From Octopus sinensis (taxonomy: Eukaryota), in contig NC_042999.1 in the NCBI RefSeq assembly GCF_006345805.1, positions 96,410,001-96,474,000 on the forward strand: a stretch of 64,000 bases of DNA, read 5' to 3'. Below the pieces are notes generated by a model. It ran no database searches, had not been told where the DNA came from, and was given only the letters and a program-made list of their open reading frames with translations. Made by a program: the position numbers and the translations under genes. Of this stretch, positions 40,981-54,892 are shown in pieces; position 1 is the stretch's first letter, and the number at the start of each line of letters is the position of its first letter.

Positions 40981-41431
40981 TATAATATATATATATATAC
41001 AGGTATGTATGTATGTATCTCTGTAAGTATACATGAAGATAACTAGCTGATAGTGACTCTTTCTTTGACTTCTGTAGTCAACATATTCATTGCCTTTTAG
41101 CTATAATCTTTGTTACGGCGTCTATTTTTCAAGTCTAACACTAAGCAAAAAAGCCATGTAACTAGAAACCATTACACAAGATGTGTTCACATAATGTTTT
41201 TCTAATTTCTGAAAATTATGAAAGCCAACTATTCCGTCTTCAGAAAGGAAGGCTTAAGGAATATCCTTCATAAAGGATATTAGTAGTCATCAGTTCCATC
41301 GTCAAAGAGTCATTCTCTCCTCGACGATGAAACTGGTAATTACAAATACCTTGTACTAAGAATATTCGTGATTCTACATATGTACAAATAGTGTGTATGT
41401 AGTGTGTACAATCAGTGTATATATATATATA

Positions 41432-41572
41432 TAAGGTTGTCCTAAAAGTTCATAGAAAGTCTTGGAAAATAATGGTCTTTATTTTGAGGAATAATTTTTG
41501 TTGTTTTTGTTAGTACTTGGCAAGTAAAAATTCAATTTTCGCAAGTGCTTACAAACTTTTGGGACAACCTAA
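41432..41572. mobile_element. Mariner-derived MITE (about 140 bp)
   Basis: TIRs TAAGGTTGTCCTAAAAGTT (41432-41450) and AACTTTTGGGACAACCTAA (41554-41572), flanked by TA. They resemble the Hsmar1/MADE1-type TTAGGTTGGTGCAAAAG terminus. Confidence 0.8.
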
Positions 41573-42439
41573 TATATCGTTAACTAATCGAAACAAGTTG
41601 TATAGACATATATAGTATATATGCATAATATGAAATATGAAGTATAACTTTTTGCATGTGCCACGCTTTCGTTAGCTATTTTGCTGCTCATGTAGTCCAT
41701 CACAAACATACCAACCAGCACCGTCCTTACAGTCGTCGCCCAGCGGAACAACATTGTACATGCACAGTTTCGATTATCTGTAGCTACCCGTAGATTTACT
41801 GGCGGTTGGTGTAACAGTATTTATAAAACAGGAGATGGAATATGTAATAGACTTTATTGGGTACAACACATTGTTTCGACCCGTTCTTGGTCTCTTCATG
41901 TACATGAATAGAAAGTCTCACTTGAGATTTTTTGAGTTGGCTTACGTACCGCTATATGTCCATCAAATTCGAGAATGAGTAAAATAAGAGAAAAATAATT
42001 GAAACTCAAAAATTCAAATATGAACGTGGAGATTATACCTTCTGGATTAGAGAAAATGACGTAATCAGCTTTCGCTGTTGTAACTTTTAGGAGAAAGAAA
42101 AGGAAGTAGAAATTGAAAGGAAGATAATAGTTAGACGAAACATTTTTTTTGTTCATGCTTAGACGCATATATACAAACATAAAGGTGTACATATACGCAC
42201 ATATACATACGCGCTCACATGCGCACATCCAAGTATATGGGCATATATACATACAACTAGATACACGCGCATACGCACACGTATGGACGAATATATACTT
42301 ATATATGTATAGTAACTCGTATACGCAGGGACACACGTGTATATGTACATAAATATACGTACATAGCGTATATATTTGTATCTTTATATGCTTCTTGCGT
42401 ATAAATATACATAACTATGTACGTACTTGGCGCGAGAGA

Positions 42440-43010
42440 CCTAAGCTTTGGAAAGAATAAATCATATCAAAAACCTAGCATGGAGTTTGGCATGGTATTC
42501 ACCAAGTACCTGCAGCATTAAAGGCAGAAAACATAGGCAACAATTGAGGTCATCAACCACATTACGGTCAAGTGGTAAAGAAATTTTTCTAAATATTATC
42601 TTCTTATAATGCATGATACGGTGGCCAGAACAGTTTGAAGCAAGGTAAGGCAAAAGTAAGTACCAACAAACGAAGTGAGCCCGAAAGCTCAAAAGAATAT
42701 ATAGGTGGAACTTAAAAATTAAAACAGCCACAAAGTTAAACAAGCGACCATATATTGTTGTATGGGATTACAAAGAAAAAAATATGCCCTGTTGTGGAAT
42801 CAACAGCTCTCTGGGTACCAATGTGGTCAGTGCAAGTGAAAGAAAAGGTTTATAGTAACTTGATAAGGACTATGCAAATCCAGTACTAAAGGTACGCCTT
42901 CATTTTTATGCTTATTATTATTTGAGGAACAGGGTATGTACCAACCTGCCTGCGGCAAAGTATGGCGGAACTGGGGCTCTTGAGGAAAGAAAGCAGCTCC
43001 TTCATTTATA
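42440..43010 (+). mobile_element. Restriction-like endonuclease (RLE) non-LTR retrotransposon 3' fragment (R4/NeSL/CRE-type), decayed
   Basis: IEVINHITVKW*RNFSKYYLLIMHDTVART is a Zn-knuckle remnant plus an RHD-like motif. It is followed by RWNLKIKTATKLNKRPYIVVWDYKEK (RPD motif) and ...IRTMQIQY...FIFMLIII...GYVP. Confidence 0.62.
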
Positions 43011-43184
43011 TGCTACAAATGACCACGATATTTGACGCCATAAAAATCTTCAAGACCTTCTTAAAGTTTTAAGTATGGTGAAGAAAACAAACAAGACGCT
43101 TTCCATCATAACTTTGCTACCAAGAAAGATGGCCGATCAAAATCAACTCTAAATTAAAAAGCGGAAAGGAACACACATACACAC

Positions 43185-43226
<42 letters not shown>

Positions 43227-43571
43227 TGTACATATATACATACATGTGTATAAATATACTCATACACCTCACTAAATGTATATACATCTGCATATATCAA
43301 CAAAATGCACATATATAGATACACATATTTGAAAATAATTATAGTAATTAATGATGTAGATGTGTATTTATACATGTATATTTATACAGACGTTTATAAT
43401 TATACTCCTAGATAACTGATACAAATATGCAAAGTATATCTACATAATTATAAACATGTATGCCTATAGATATATATATACACACACACGCAGACACGCA
43501 TACATGCATACATACATACATACATACATACATACATACATACATACATACATACATACACACACACACAT

Positions 43572-43618
<47 letters not shown>

Positions 43619-44070
43619 TATTATACACTCCCACGAACGTTATATTTATATTTAGAGATCTTGGTATAGATACAAATATGGCTGCAAATAGATAGCTTTG
43701 AATGTATAGGACAGATAATTAATTTTTGGAATATACGCATATTAATTAGACACAATTTTGAGTGGAACTCACATCCCAATATAGACTTCTCTATATAGAC
43801 CCGTAAACAAAAGTACGATCAGATTAACATATAAATACAGTACCACCCACAAGTACGCATACCAGCACATCCTCCATCCATGCATCGATCATCCATTATT
43901 ACACATGTTCATATAATAAATTCATCAGTATACATATCCATCCATCTATCCATGTCCCCTCTTTGCAACAATGCTCATTTATATGTAGGTGTCTATGTGT
44001 GATGTAAATCCGTTTGATTCATTTATATACGACTGTGTACTTATGTCTATGTTACACACACATATGGCCG

Positions 44071-44145
<75 letters not shown>

Positions 44146-46914
44146 CGTATTCATATTTGAATGGATGGCAGCATAGATTGTAACGTAATGAACCAAGTTC
44201 GTGTGTTACGCTTTAAACAACCTTCACTTTAAAACGAAATTGAAGACATAATTGCATCCTTTAGCATAATGAAATAACATTATAGAAATCTATAAATTTA
44301 TGTAACAAACCAGAAATAAGAAGATTCCTCCTAGTTTGTATAACCTTTCGGTAATTGTTATTTTTTGAGGTAAGAATAAGCTAACATTTCAGAAAAAAAG
44401 TAATTTTGTCATTGTATGATAATTTTATTTCTACAGTTTAAATATATCTACAAGGTAATAAATGTCTATAACTATAGAGTGGTCTTGTTTAATTCGAGAT
44501 GAACTCTAATCAAGCCAACCTATGATCAAAGGTATTCTAACCGTGATCGCCCCATCTACCACTCCAAAGAAAATGAAATAAAACCATATTTGATAACGTG
44601 GCTTCATCATTTTTGATCATTTTTGATCATATTTTTGCTCGATTAAACTAATCCGGAGTTAAACAATAGCAACAACATCATAACAAGCAAAGTGCTTGTT
44701 TGGGGGAGATTAAGTTGCTATTTTCAATGTGTCATTCGATCACATATAGGCTTTGTCCATTGGCTGCAGTTTGGTAACAATTTTATATCTATTAGGTGAT
44801 TTTTGGCAAAGTTAATGAAAATGACGTTTCACGCCTGTCTTTGATCTATACTGGATGTTGACCAGTTGATGAGTATTTTTGCTATTGTTTTGTCTCTATG
44901 AACATTGATGAAATATATTGGTTTTAACGCCTGACACTTGCAATGTCTTCATATGTTTGCAGAGGTGATAGGAAACATTTTATTTTAGTTTAATCTACGA
45001 CACCTAACAACGCATAAATACTTGAAAGCAAATTTACAGAGGTAATTTTATTTAATGGCAATATAAAGAGGAAGGATAGCTCTCATATCCTTTTTCTCGG
45101 GCCCTTAAGAGGAAGGGAAGATGTTTTCTTCAAAGAGAAGACACGTGCGACATTCTTGCAACAGTGCTTGCAAGAGAGTGTTAACCACTAAAAGCACCGA
45201 AGGTTTAGTTGCTGGTTCTCAGTATAGATGTAAGGGACAATTCCGTAGCCCTTGTTACCAGAACATGATATTGAAAATAATTGTCAATGATGCACAGATG
45301 AAATGGATTGAATCATATATATATATCTTAAAAGATTCAGATTTTTATATATCGATTTGTTGGTGATTAGTTATATTGATTCCTGTGGGAAAATGAATGG
45401 GTCTTCTGACGTTCATATATTTGATAAGGGCTATTGTACATTGGAAGTATAGTGAAAATCGACTCAACGGAAGTACACTTTTTCACACATTCTCATTAAT
45501 ATATGTAATTATTCTTATTCTTTCTTTTCCAGTTTATTTCCATATGAAACTTAAACTGTATACATCACTAGTAAGAGTTGCTTTTATACATGGAAGAATC
45601 ATGGCATATAAATCAAAACTAAAGCTAATTGTTTTGGATACTTTGAAAATAAAGTATTACAAAGGAGCTTGGAAATAAAATGACGGATTTTTGTGAGAAA
45701 TGTAAGTGATCCGAGATATAACGTAGCATTATATATAGACTAGGAAATACTGAAGAGTAGATGGTTATGGGTAAGTCACATACTTCGTCCCTTGAAAACC
45801 AGCAAATAAATCAAACAGTATATGGACAGGCCAAGTTATCCCCTTAGTCACTTTGGGTGAGAGCAATGCTGAGAGAAGAAGGGAAACAGAAGATAAGAAG
45901 CACTTTAGTACTGGGGTATATTTCTACTAAATTACTGTTATATTACTGTTTAAACAATATTGATGATATAATTGTGCTTATACTTGTAATAATAATGGTG
46001 TGCCAGTGTTAGAAACCATTATTATTATTTAAAATAATCTAAATCAATGTTTCAAATACGTATTTTTATCTTCAGTAAGATGTCTAACTCATGACAACAT
46101 TTTTGCACTTTTTTGCTATTAGAAATTTGATGAATGAATGTGCACACAGCTGTTGTTCTTTTTCTAATCTTGCACTTATGATTAAAACGGGATGGGGGGC
46201 GAAAAAGTGTTACTTTTAATTCATTCATTCATTTATTCAATAACTTTCTAATTTTTTAATTTGAAAGAAAATTGCATCTAATAATTTTTCGATTATATTA
46301 TTATTCATAAGGAATTACAACAAAAGCAAAAGGCCATAAATTTAGGAAGCAGGAGCAGTTGATCATTTTGGCACTAGCACTTCAATGGTACTTTATTTTA
46401 TCGATCTAGGAAGAATAAAATTCGAACATGACGGAGTTTGAGTGCAGAGTATACACAGTGGGAACAAATACCACAAGACATTTTATCCGACTCTCTGTCG
46501 ATTCTGCCAATCTAGCTTCGATTTCGGATAAAGGAACATGGGTGATGGGAAATGTCAGTTAAATCGGCCATACACGACTTCCTTGATATTTATTTCATTG
46601 ATCCTGGAAGGGTGAGTGATAAGATCGAGCAAGACGGGGTTTGAACTCAGAACGTAAAATGAACTAAATATATTTTGTTGCATCTTGGGAGGATCATTGC
46701 GCCAGTAATAGAAGAACATCTTCTTCAACACAAGTGTTCAGATCAAAATTATTGCAAACCAAATATAAAAACGAGATATTCTAAGCTAAATATATACTGT
46801 TGAGCATTATTTATGCCCAGCGCACAACCGATTCTGCCAGCCAACTCCACAAGCTCATTCCACTCCACTTTGTGACATGTGGCAACAAATACATTAAAAT
46901 GCATCTCCGTAACA

Positions 46915-47850
<936 letters not shown>

Positions 47851-48556
47851 GCTTACAGGTCGAGTCAACGAGAAAACCTCTACGTGATCGTTGTATCTGC
47901 TAGAAATAGTAATCACATTTCTCTAAAATCACAACGTTTATAAGTTAAGAAACACTGATTAATGTTGTCAAAGGTACACTGAGCCTGGAGAAGGTGGAGA
48001 TAGTCGAGGTTGAGCGCTTTTGATTAGAAAAGTCTATTTGAACAGGGCCTGTTTGAGATAAGCGATAATAATTACGCGTAAAAATCAGCGAATACTTTTC
48101 ATAAGTTTCTCATTGCGCACACAAACACGCAACACAAATAAATACATACGAACTCGAGCACAGGTCTATGCATGCACACATAAATACATAAATCTATGCA
48201 TGCGCACATAAATAAAGAGGTAGACACGGATCCGTACATACTGCTTGATAAAGAAAAAGACGTATACGTTTACAGACAGAATCAGCTTTACACAATGCAC
48301 AACCAATTCACTTCCAATTGCACGTTAACACACACACACACGCACACATACACACAAACACACAAAGAGAAATACACACAAACAAACAGGTATACGTGTG
48401 TCAACGCGTTGGACAGTGCGTAAACACACCGTCACACAAACACACACGTGTCCACCACTGATAGATCCAAAACAGCCAGACAGAAACAAATTCGTAGTAT
48501 CACCACCTGTCTTTCGCACACACACCATCCCACCACACACAGACATAATCACACAG

Positions 48557-48589
<33 letters not shown>

Positions 48590-49334
48590 GCAAGCACATA
48601 CACAATCAAACATGTGTGTGTGTTCGCGTGCGTGCGTGCGTGCGTGTTTGTGTTTATATACATTTGTAATCATAGAAGTAATATATGCGTTTGTATGTAT
48701 ATGTGCATAAGCATATGAAGACATACACAAACGCACACGCACCCTCACGCACACAAAGACACACACACCCACCCATACATATATATACATAATTAATCAG
48801 ACAGTTACGCACTCACATACGTATACATGTATAGCCACGCTTAAGCATATCCCAAAACACTTAGCTAGATACACACGTGCACACATCAGACATAAACATA
48901 ACTGATTGTCATAGACCACACGCCCACAATCAACATAAAGCAGCGGCGTTTTACTCGTACGTTAACAATAAACGCATACACTAAAACACACACACACACA
49001 CACTTCACCAGATACATGTACAAGTGTATATGTTCCTGCGTACGTAATGAGACTGACGCATACCTTCATATAAGCATAGACAATAAACACGCACATACAA
49101 CAATAGACACACGCACACAAACTTTAATTCATTCGTATACATATATACTGTGGATTGCAGATTCGTTGAAGCGTTGGATTAAAAATGCCTTGAAGCGTTT
49201 TCCCGATTTAATACGTCTCTTTCTAAGTTCAAATCCCGGAGTGGTCAATTTTTGCCTTTTTATTATTTCGGAGTCGATGAAATAAAGCAGGTGTCGATGG
49301 TACAGACTAAATCCTCCCCTCAAAACTATGCCTT

Positions 49335-49455
49335 TTTTTCTTCTTCTTCTTCTTCTTCTTCTTTCTTCTTCTTCTTCTTCTTCTTCTTCTTCTTCTTCTT
49401 CTCTTCTTCTTCTTCTTCTCATTATTATCATCATCATCATTATTATTATTATAAT
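49335..49455. repeat. (CTT)n-(CAT)n-(ATT)n compound trinucleotide repeat
   Basis: Directly visible. Confidence 0.95.
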
Positions 49456-49617
49456 GTCTAGCGGGTTTTCGTCTGTCTTCGTGTTCTGAGTTCAAATTCC
49501 GCCGAGGTCGACTTTGCCTTTCATCCATCCGGGGCCGATAAATTAAGTGCCAGTGTAACAATGGGGTCGATGTAATTGACTCATGCCCTCCCCCAAATGG
49601 CTACCCTTGTGGCAAAT

Positions 49618-49675
<58 letters not shown>

Positions 49676-50110
49676 GGCGGCGAGATGACAGAATCGTTAA
49701 AACCCCAGTCAAGACGCTTAGTGGCATTAGGTTCGTCCTAATGTTCTGAGTTCAATTTTCACCGTGGTCGACTTTACCTTTCATCCTTTCGGAGTCGATA
49801 CAATAAATACCAGTCAAGTACAAGGCCTATTTAATCGACTACCCACTTCCCCAAAATTTCAGGTCTTGTGTTTTCAATAAAAGGGATCATTATTATTTTT
49901 AAGGTTGCGAACTGGCAGATTCGTTACTGCGCCGGACAAAATGCTTAGCGGGATTTCTTCCGTTTTTACGTTCTGATTTCAAATTCCGCCGAGATCGACT
50001 TTCCTTTTCATCCCGTCGGGGTCGATAAAGTAAGTACCAGTGGAGCACTGGCTGATGTCGTCTGCTAGCCCTCTCCTGCCAAAACTTTCAGCCTTTGCGC
50101 ATCTAGTAAA
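49455..50110 (+). mobile_element. Three tandem family A SINE copies separated by (ATT)n
   Basis: Cores gttctgagttcaaattccgccgaggtcgactttgcctttcatcc at about 49483, 49743 and 49970; heads aaggcggcgag at 49674 and aaggttgcgaactggcag at 49901. Confidence 0.85.
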
Positions 50111-50126
50111 ATGAAGTTTTTAAAAA

Positions 50127-50161
<35 letters not shown>

Positions 50162-51699
50162 TCCTACGGTACAAAACTAAATACAAGTCAACAAGCGAAC
50201 TTCTATGTAATTGTTCAAATTGCTAGAAACAGCAGCCAAATTCTCCGTAAAAAAGCAACCCGGCGTCTGAGTAAAGGTTACTCTGAATAATGTGGTTTCG
50301 TGTTCCCTTCATACAGGAATAAGACGGTACTGTCACAGCTACAAAACCAGGGCTGAGTTGGGAACTCAACGACCTCAACAAGATAAATGGACAGACACTC
50401 ACGGGAGCACGCACATGGCGCTATGCATACATACGCATTGTCTCAGCACAGAAGCAGCCTCTCTCTCCTCCACTCTCTCCCCTTCTCTCTCCCCCTCTCT
50501 CTCTCTCTCTGTCACTCCCTCTACATACACTTACACAGATAATGTCACAAACGGAGACAGTTAACACGCCCCGTGACACTTCAACTTTGATTTCCTTCAG
50601 ATGATAAGCGCGTCGATTCACTCTTAATCTCTCTACCCACCCATGCTCTGAGTCAACCTTAGCCTTCTCTCCTCTCTTAGAGAATCTTCCTTCATATCGC
50701 CAGACATTCCCATCTCAATTCAGCCCCATCACTCTTTATATGTTTTCTCAGGAGCATACACAAGCAGACAAAACGAGTACACACATGGAGAGTGAGAGGG
50801 TGAGAGAGAAAGAGAGAGAGAGAGGGAGGGAGGGGAGCTCTCAATACTCACACGCATACATAGACAAACTACGCGTATATAGAAATACGCAACTAGTACA
50901 TACATGCATATACATATATACATACATACATACATACATACTACATACATACATACATCATACATACATACATACAAACATACATATATACATACACGCG
51001 CACACACACACACATATATATATATGCGCACACATGTGTATACATATATGAATACATACATGCATACACACAGACAAACACACACACGCATATATATATA
51101 TATATCAAAAGGATATGTAATAATACTATTCCACAGCCATACCAACAATCCAACATACCTCCATCATCAGCTGCCCCACGGATATCATTATGGTTTCGAC
51201 ACCTGGGCAGTACCATTCAATCTGGCGGTGTCAACAGCACTAAAATAAGTGTTATTTGGGAACAAACAATCCAAAGGAACCACAGCTTTCAAACATATCT
51301 ACCCTATGTACAACCGTATCGATAAATAAATTCAATAAGTATATTACAACCACTCCTAAATACGTAACTAAACAGCGACAACTCTATCAAGTCATACACA
51401 AATTATAATCCCTACCGTCATCCGTAGTGTAATATAAACGTAAAAGCTTAATAGTCACATTATTTCAATCAATCAATATATAGGCAGGATTAAATACTAA
51501 CTTCAATAAAACTACAACAAAGAGACATATAAACCAATGTACATTGTATTGGTATTAATAGTAAACAGCAATAACTAAATTATATGCTAAATTGCGATCA
51601 ATTTTTAAGTCCATATAAATAATAGTCCCACCGGTCTTCCATAGATACTACTATAATGAAAGTTGAAGCCAAAAGAAAGCACGATTAAAATTAATTTAA

Positions 51700-52370
51700 C
51701 TAATATTTTTATGAGTGAAATACATTATTTCATCATTAAAAAGTTAATAATAAAACACTGCATACTCATTGCCTAGAGTTCATCTTCAGTTCAACCCTTA
51801 ATCGTTGCGCCCCACACATAATAAAGGGGTTGCAGACTGGGGAGTTAGGTAGCCAGGTGTTAGGAGTGATGTGGTTGCAGAAATTGCCTGACAGCCATGA
51901 CTGGGTTCCCCTGATTGTGCGGCATGGTGCAGAGTCCTGTTGCCAGAAATAAGGTCTTCTAGCAACCACCCTCTTGACCCAGGGCAGCGCTACCTCTTCC
52001 AAGCACTTGATGTAGGTCTCAGTGTTGAGTCTGAGGCTGTGTGGAAAGATGAATGGAGGCATAACGTCGCTGTCACTAGTGATCACTCCAAACACCATGA
52101 TGTTGACAGGATGTTTGATTTTTATAACTCTCGGTACATGTCCACAGATTGCACTGTCTTCATATTGACACCCGAACACTCTGACATGTTCGTATTGGAG
52201 CTTCCGGCGCGAATGGCAAATAATACAGCATGTCGATTCCAACTTTCTGGCAGAGTAAATTGCGTCACGGTGCTGTTTTTCTTATAGACGGTGCCCAACG
52301 GTCCCAAGTATACTGTGTAGTTGACAAAATGAATGCGCGAAATTAAAAATATAGAATGGCAACAATTTAC
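51700..52370 (-). mobile_element. Tc1/mariner transposon remnant, DD37D (maT)-like transposase pseudogene fragment
   Basis: KHPVNIMVFGVITSDSDVMPPFIFPHSLRLNTETYIKCLEEVALPWVKRVVARRPYFWQQDSAPCRT...WLPNSPVCNP. There are 36 residues from the QDSAP Asp to NP, then a frameshift where the LD of the third catalytic Asp would lie. Confidence 0.85.
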
Positions 52371-52417
52371 TCTTTGCTCTCTCTCTCTCTTGCTCTCTCT
52401 CTCTCTTGCTCTCTCTT

Positions 52418-52463
<46 letters not shown>

Positions 52464-52519
52464 ATATAAATATATATACACACACACATTCATATATACA
52501 TATATACAGATCTAGCAGG

Positions 52520-52728
52520 AAATAGGAGTAATGAACAGTCCGACAACTGTTGAGGAGTTATCTTCTTTCGGTATTTTGTCCTGTACTTTTCTCTCGTGTG
52601 TTTATGTATTATTCACTCGGTGGTGATGTCCTTTAGACAATGTATATTTTTTATTCTATTTAGTTATAACTGAACGCCACTCAGCCTTCACCACAATAGG
52701 TTCTTACGTCTATATACATACATGCATT

Positions 52729-52779
<51 letters not shown>

Positions 52780-52990
52780 TGTGTGTGTGTGACCGCGTGT
52801 GTACCGTTGGCGATTTTTTTCCTCCGTCTTCCCTTTTCTGGATCTTTCCTTTTCCTATGTTTCTGACGAAGAGCTCCGCTCGAAACGTAATCCACTCCTT
52901 CTACTCCCCTTCCTTCCTGAGCGTCCAATAATACTATATTTGTTCCGCGTCCTCGCGTTGTTGTTTTCTCTTTGGGTTTTCATGTTTGAT
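52520..52990 (+). mobile_element. Non-autonomous PLE-like repeat carrying a hammerhead-like core at 52863-52889
   Basis: ttctgacgaagagctccgctcgaaacgta = CUGACGA-A-GAGC(UCC)GCUC-GAAA-CGUA. The flanks resemble 25940-26145. Confidence 0.5.
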
Positions 52991-53009
52991 TAACTTTATA
53001 TATATATAT

Positions 53010-53052
<43 letters not shown>

Positions 53053-53095
53053 TATATATATAATATGATATGTATATATTATTATATATATATAT

Positions 53096-53158
<63 letters not shown>

Positions 53159-53268
53159 CGCGCGCATATACATATGCAGCTATATAACATATATACCTAG
53201 TTTATGTATAGATATATATGTACGTATGTACGTATGTATGTATGTATGAATGTATGTATGAATGTATG

Positions 53269-53300
<32 letters not shown>

Positions 53301-53449
53301 CAGACATACACTCACATACTTCGGAATGTGTTTTACATGATAACATTAAACAAATGCAACAATAATTTGGCACCTACAACTGTTTGATAACATTATCCGA
53401 AACCATAGCAAGCAGCTTCACAACTTACATAATCTCCAGACACATACAT

Positions 53450-53865
53450 ACAAAGAACACATGCATACACACATACACAAACACACTCATACTTACACAC
53501 ACGCACACGCACAGACATAAAAACACGCACAGACAATACACATATACACATGCACAAATACACACACACACACTTACACACATACAAATACACACACAAC
53601 ATACACATACATGCACACACACACATACTCGTATTAAAACTTTCGATTCGCTCACCGCCTCTTTTCCTCTCATTATGTCGCTTAAACATGCATACACACA
53701 CACACACACTCACATACACAAGCACAAACACGCACACACACACACACACACATGTGCACGCACGCAACTCTCCCACACTTTCATTCTCAACCTGTTTCTG
53801 ATTTCCCTCCCATCTAACTAATTCTCTGTCTGCCCATTCACTCTGTCATCTATCTACCTCTCTTT

Positions 53866-53921
<56 letters not shown>

Positions 53922-54110
53922 AAACATACACCAACACATACACACACACACACACATACACACACATACATACACACACACACATACACACACACATAAA
54001 TACACACACAGAGACACACACACACACAACACACACTCACACACATACATACACACACACACACGCACGCACAAACACAAACACAAACACACACACACAC
54101 ACATCTGTCT
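53450..54110. repeat. Degenerate (CA)n-rich arrays
   Basis: Directly visible. Confidence 0.92.
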
Positions 54111-54800
54111 AGCAGACGCTATTGCAGTCTGTGTGTTGGATTTGTTTTGTCTACACCTCTATCACGTTACTTTCTTTTTTACCCCTCTCTCTCGCCTCTC
54201 TCTCTCTCTTTCTCTCTCTCTCGGTCGCTTGCGCTCTGTATGTATATGTATATGTATGTATGGATGGATGGATAGATGAAATTTGGAAAGATACTTCTAT
54301 GTCTGTTTATCTTGTTCTATAGTCCACTGTCTGCCTTTCACCATTTACCCACCCCCGCACCTCCTCTCCTCCCTTACCTTTCGTCACTAACAACCAAGTC
54401 TGTAAATGAAGCAGTTAATATTTCGTGCCCCGAAGTAACTCCTGGTTTGTTGTTATTTACACAATTTACACAAATGTACTGAATTGTTTGTCAGTATCAC
54501 ACACACACACACACAATCCCCGCCTCTTTCACTCTGTCTATCAGTCTATCTGTATCTGTCTCTGTCTCTCTTCTTCTCTCTCTCTATCCGTATGTCAGTG
54601 TGTGAGTGTGTAATTATATAAAAGGGCAGTGGAATTACGTAATCAACTCCATTGGCTTACAGCTGTTTCTGCCGTTAGATGCAGTGCACTTTAGAACCTC
54701 GGAGAAAGCCATAACGTGATGCACAGGCATTGAGCTCTATATGCACTGCCTCTGGAGAGTGAACTAATGTACAGCACATATATTTGATCACTATAAACAA

Positions 54801-54867
54801 ATCATTTGTGTGTAGGTCGTTCGGCAAGAATCTCAACACTTCTTGCCGAAGGACCTGCACAAATGAT
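54801..54867 (+). other. 67-nt stem-loop, pre-miRNA-like geometry
   Basis: Arms atcatttgtgtgtaggtcgttcggcaagaa and ttcttgccgaaggacctgcacaaatgat: about 27 bp, one G:U, one mismatch, a 2-nt bulge and a 9-nt loop. Confidence 0.5.
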
Positions 54868-54892
54868 ATACACACACACACACACAACGGAC

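Noticed and set aside
45121-45366. ORF containing HSCNSAC...RC...PCY, reminiscent of EHSCN in Aplysia insulin
   Set aside because: No CG-x10-C motif, no signal peptide and no convincing splice sites.
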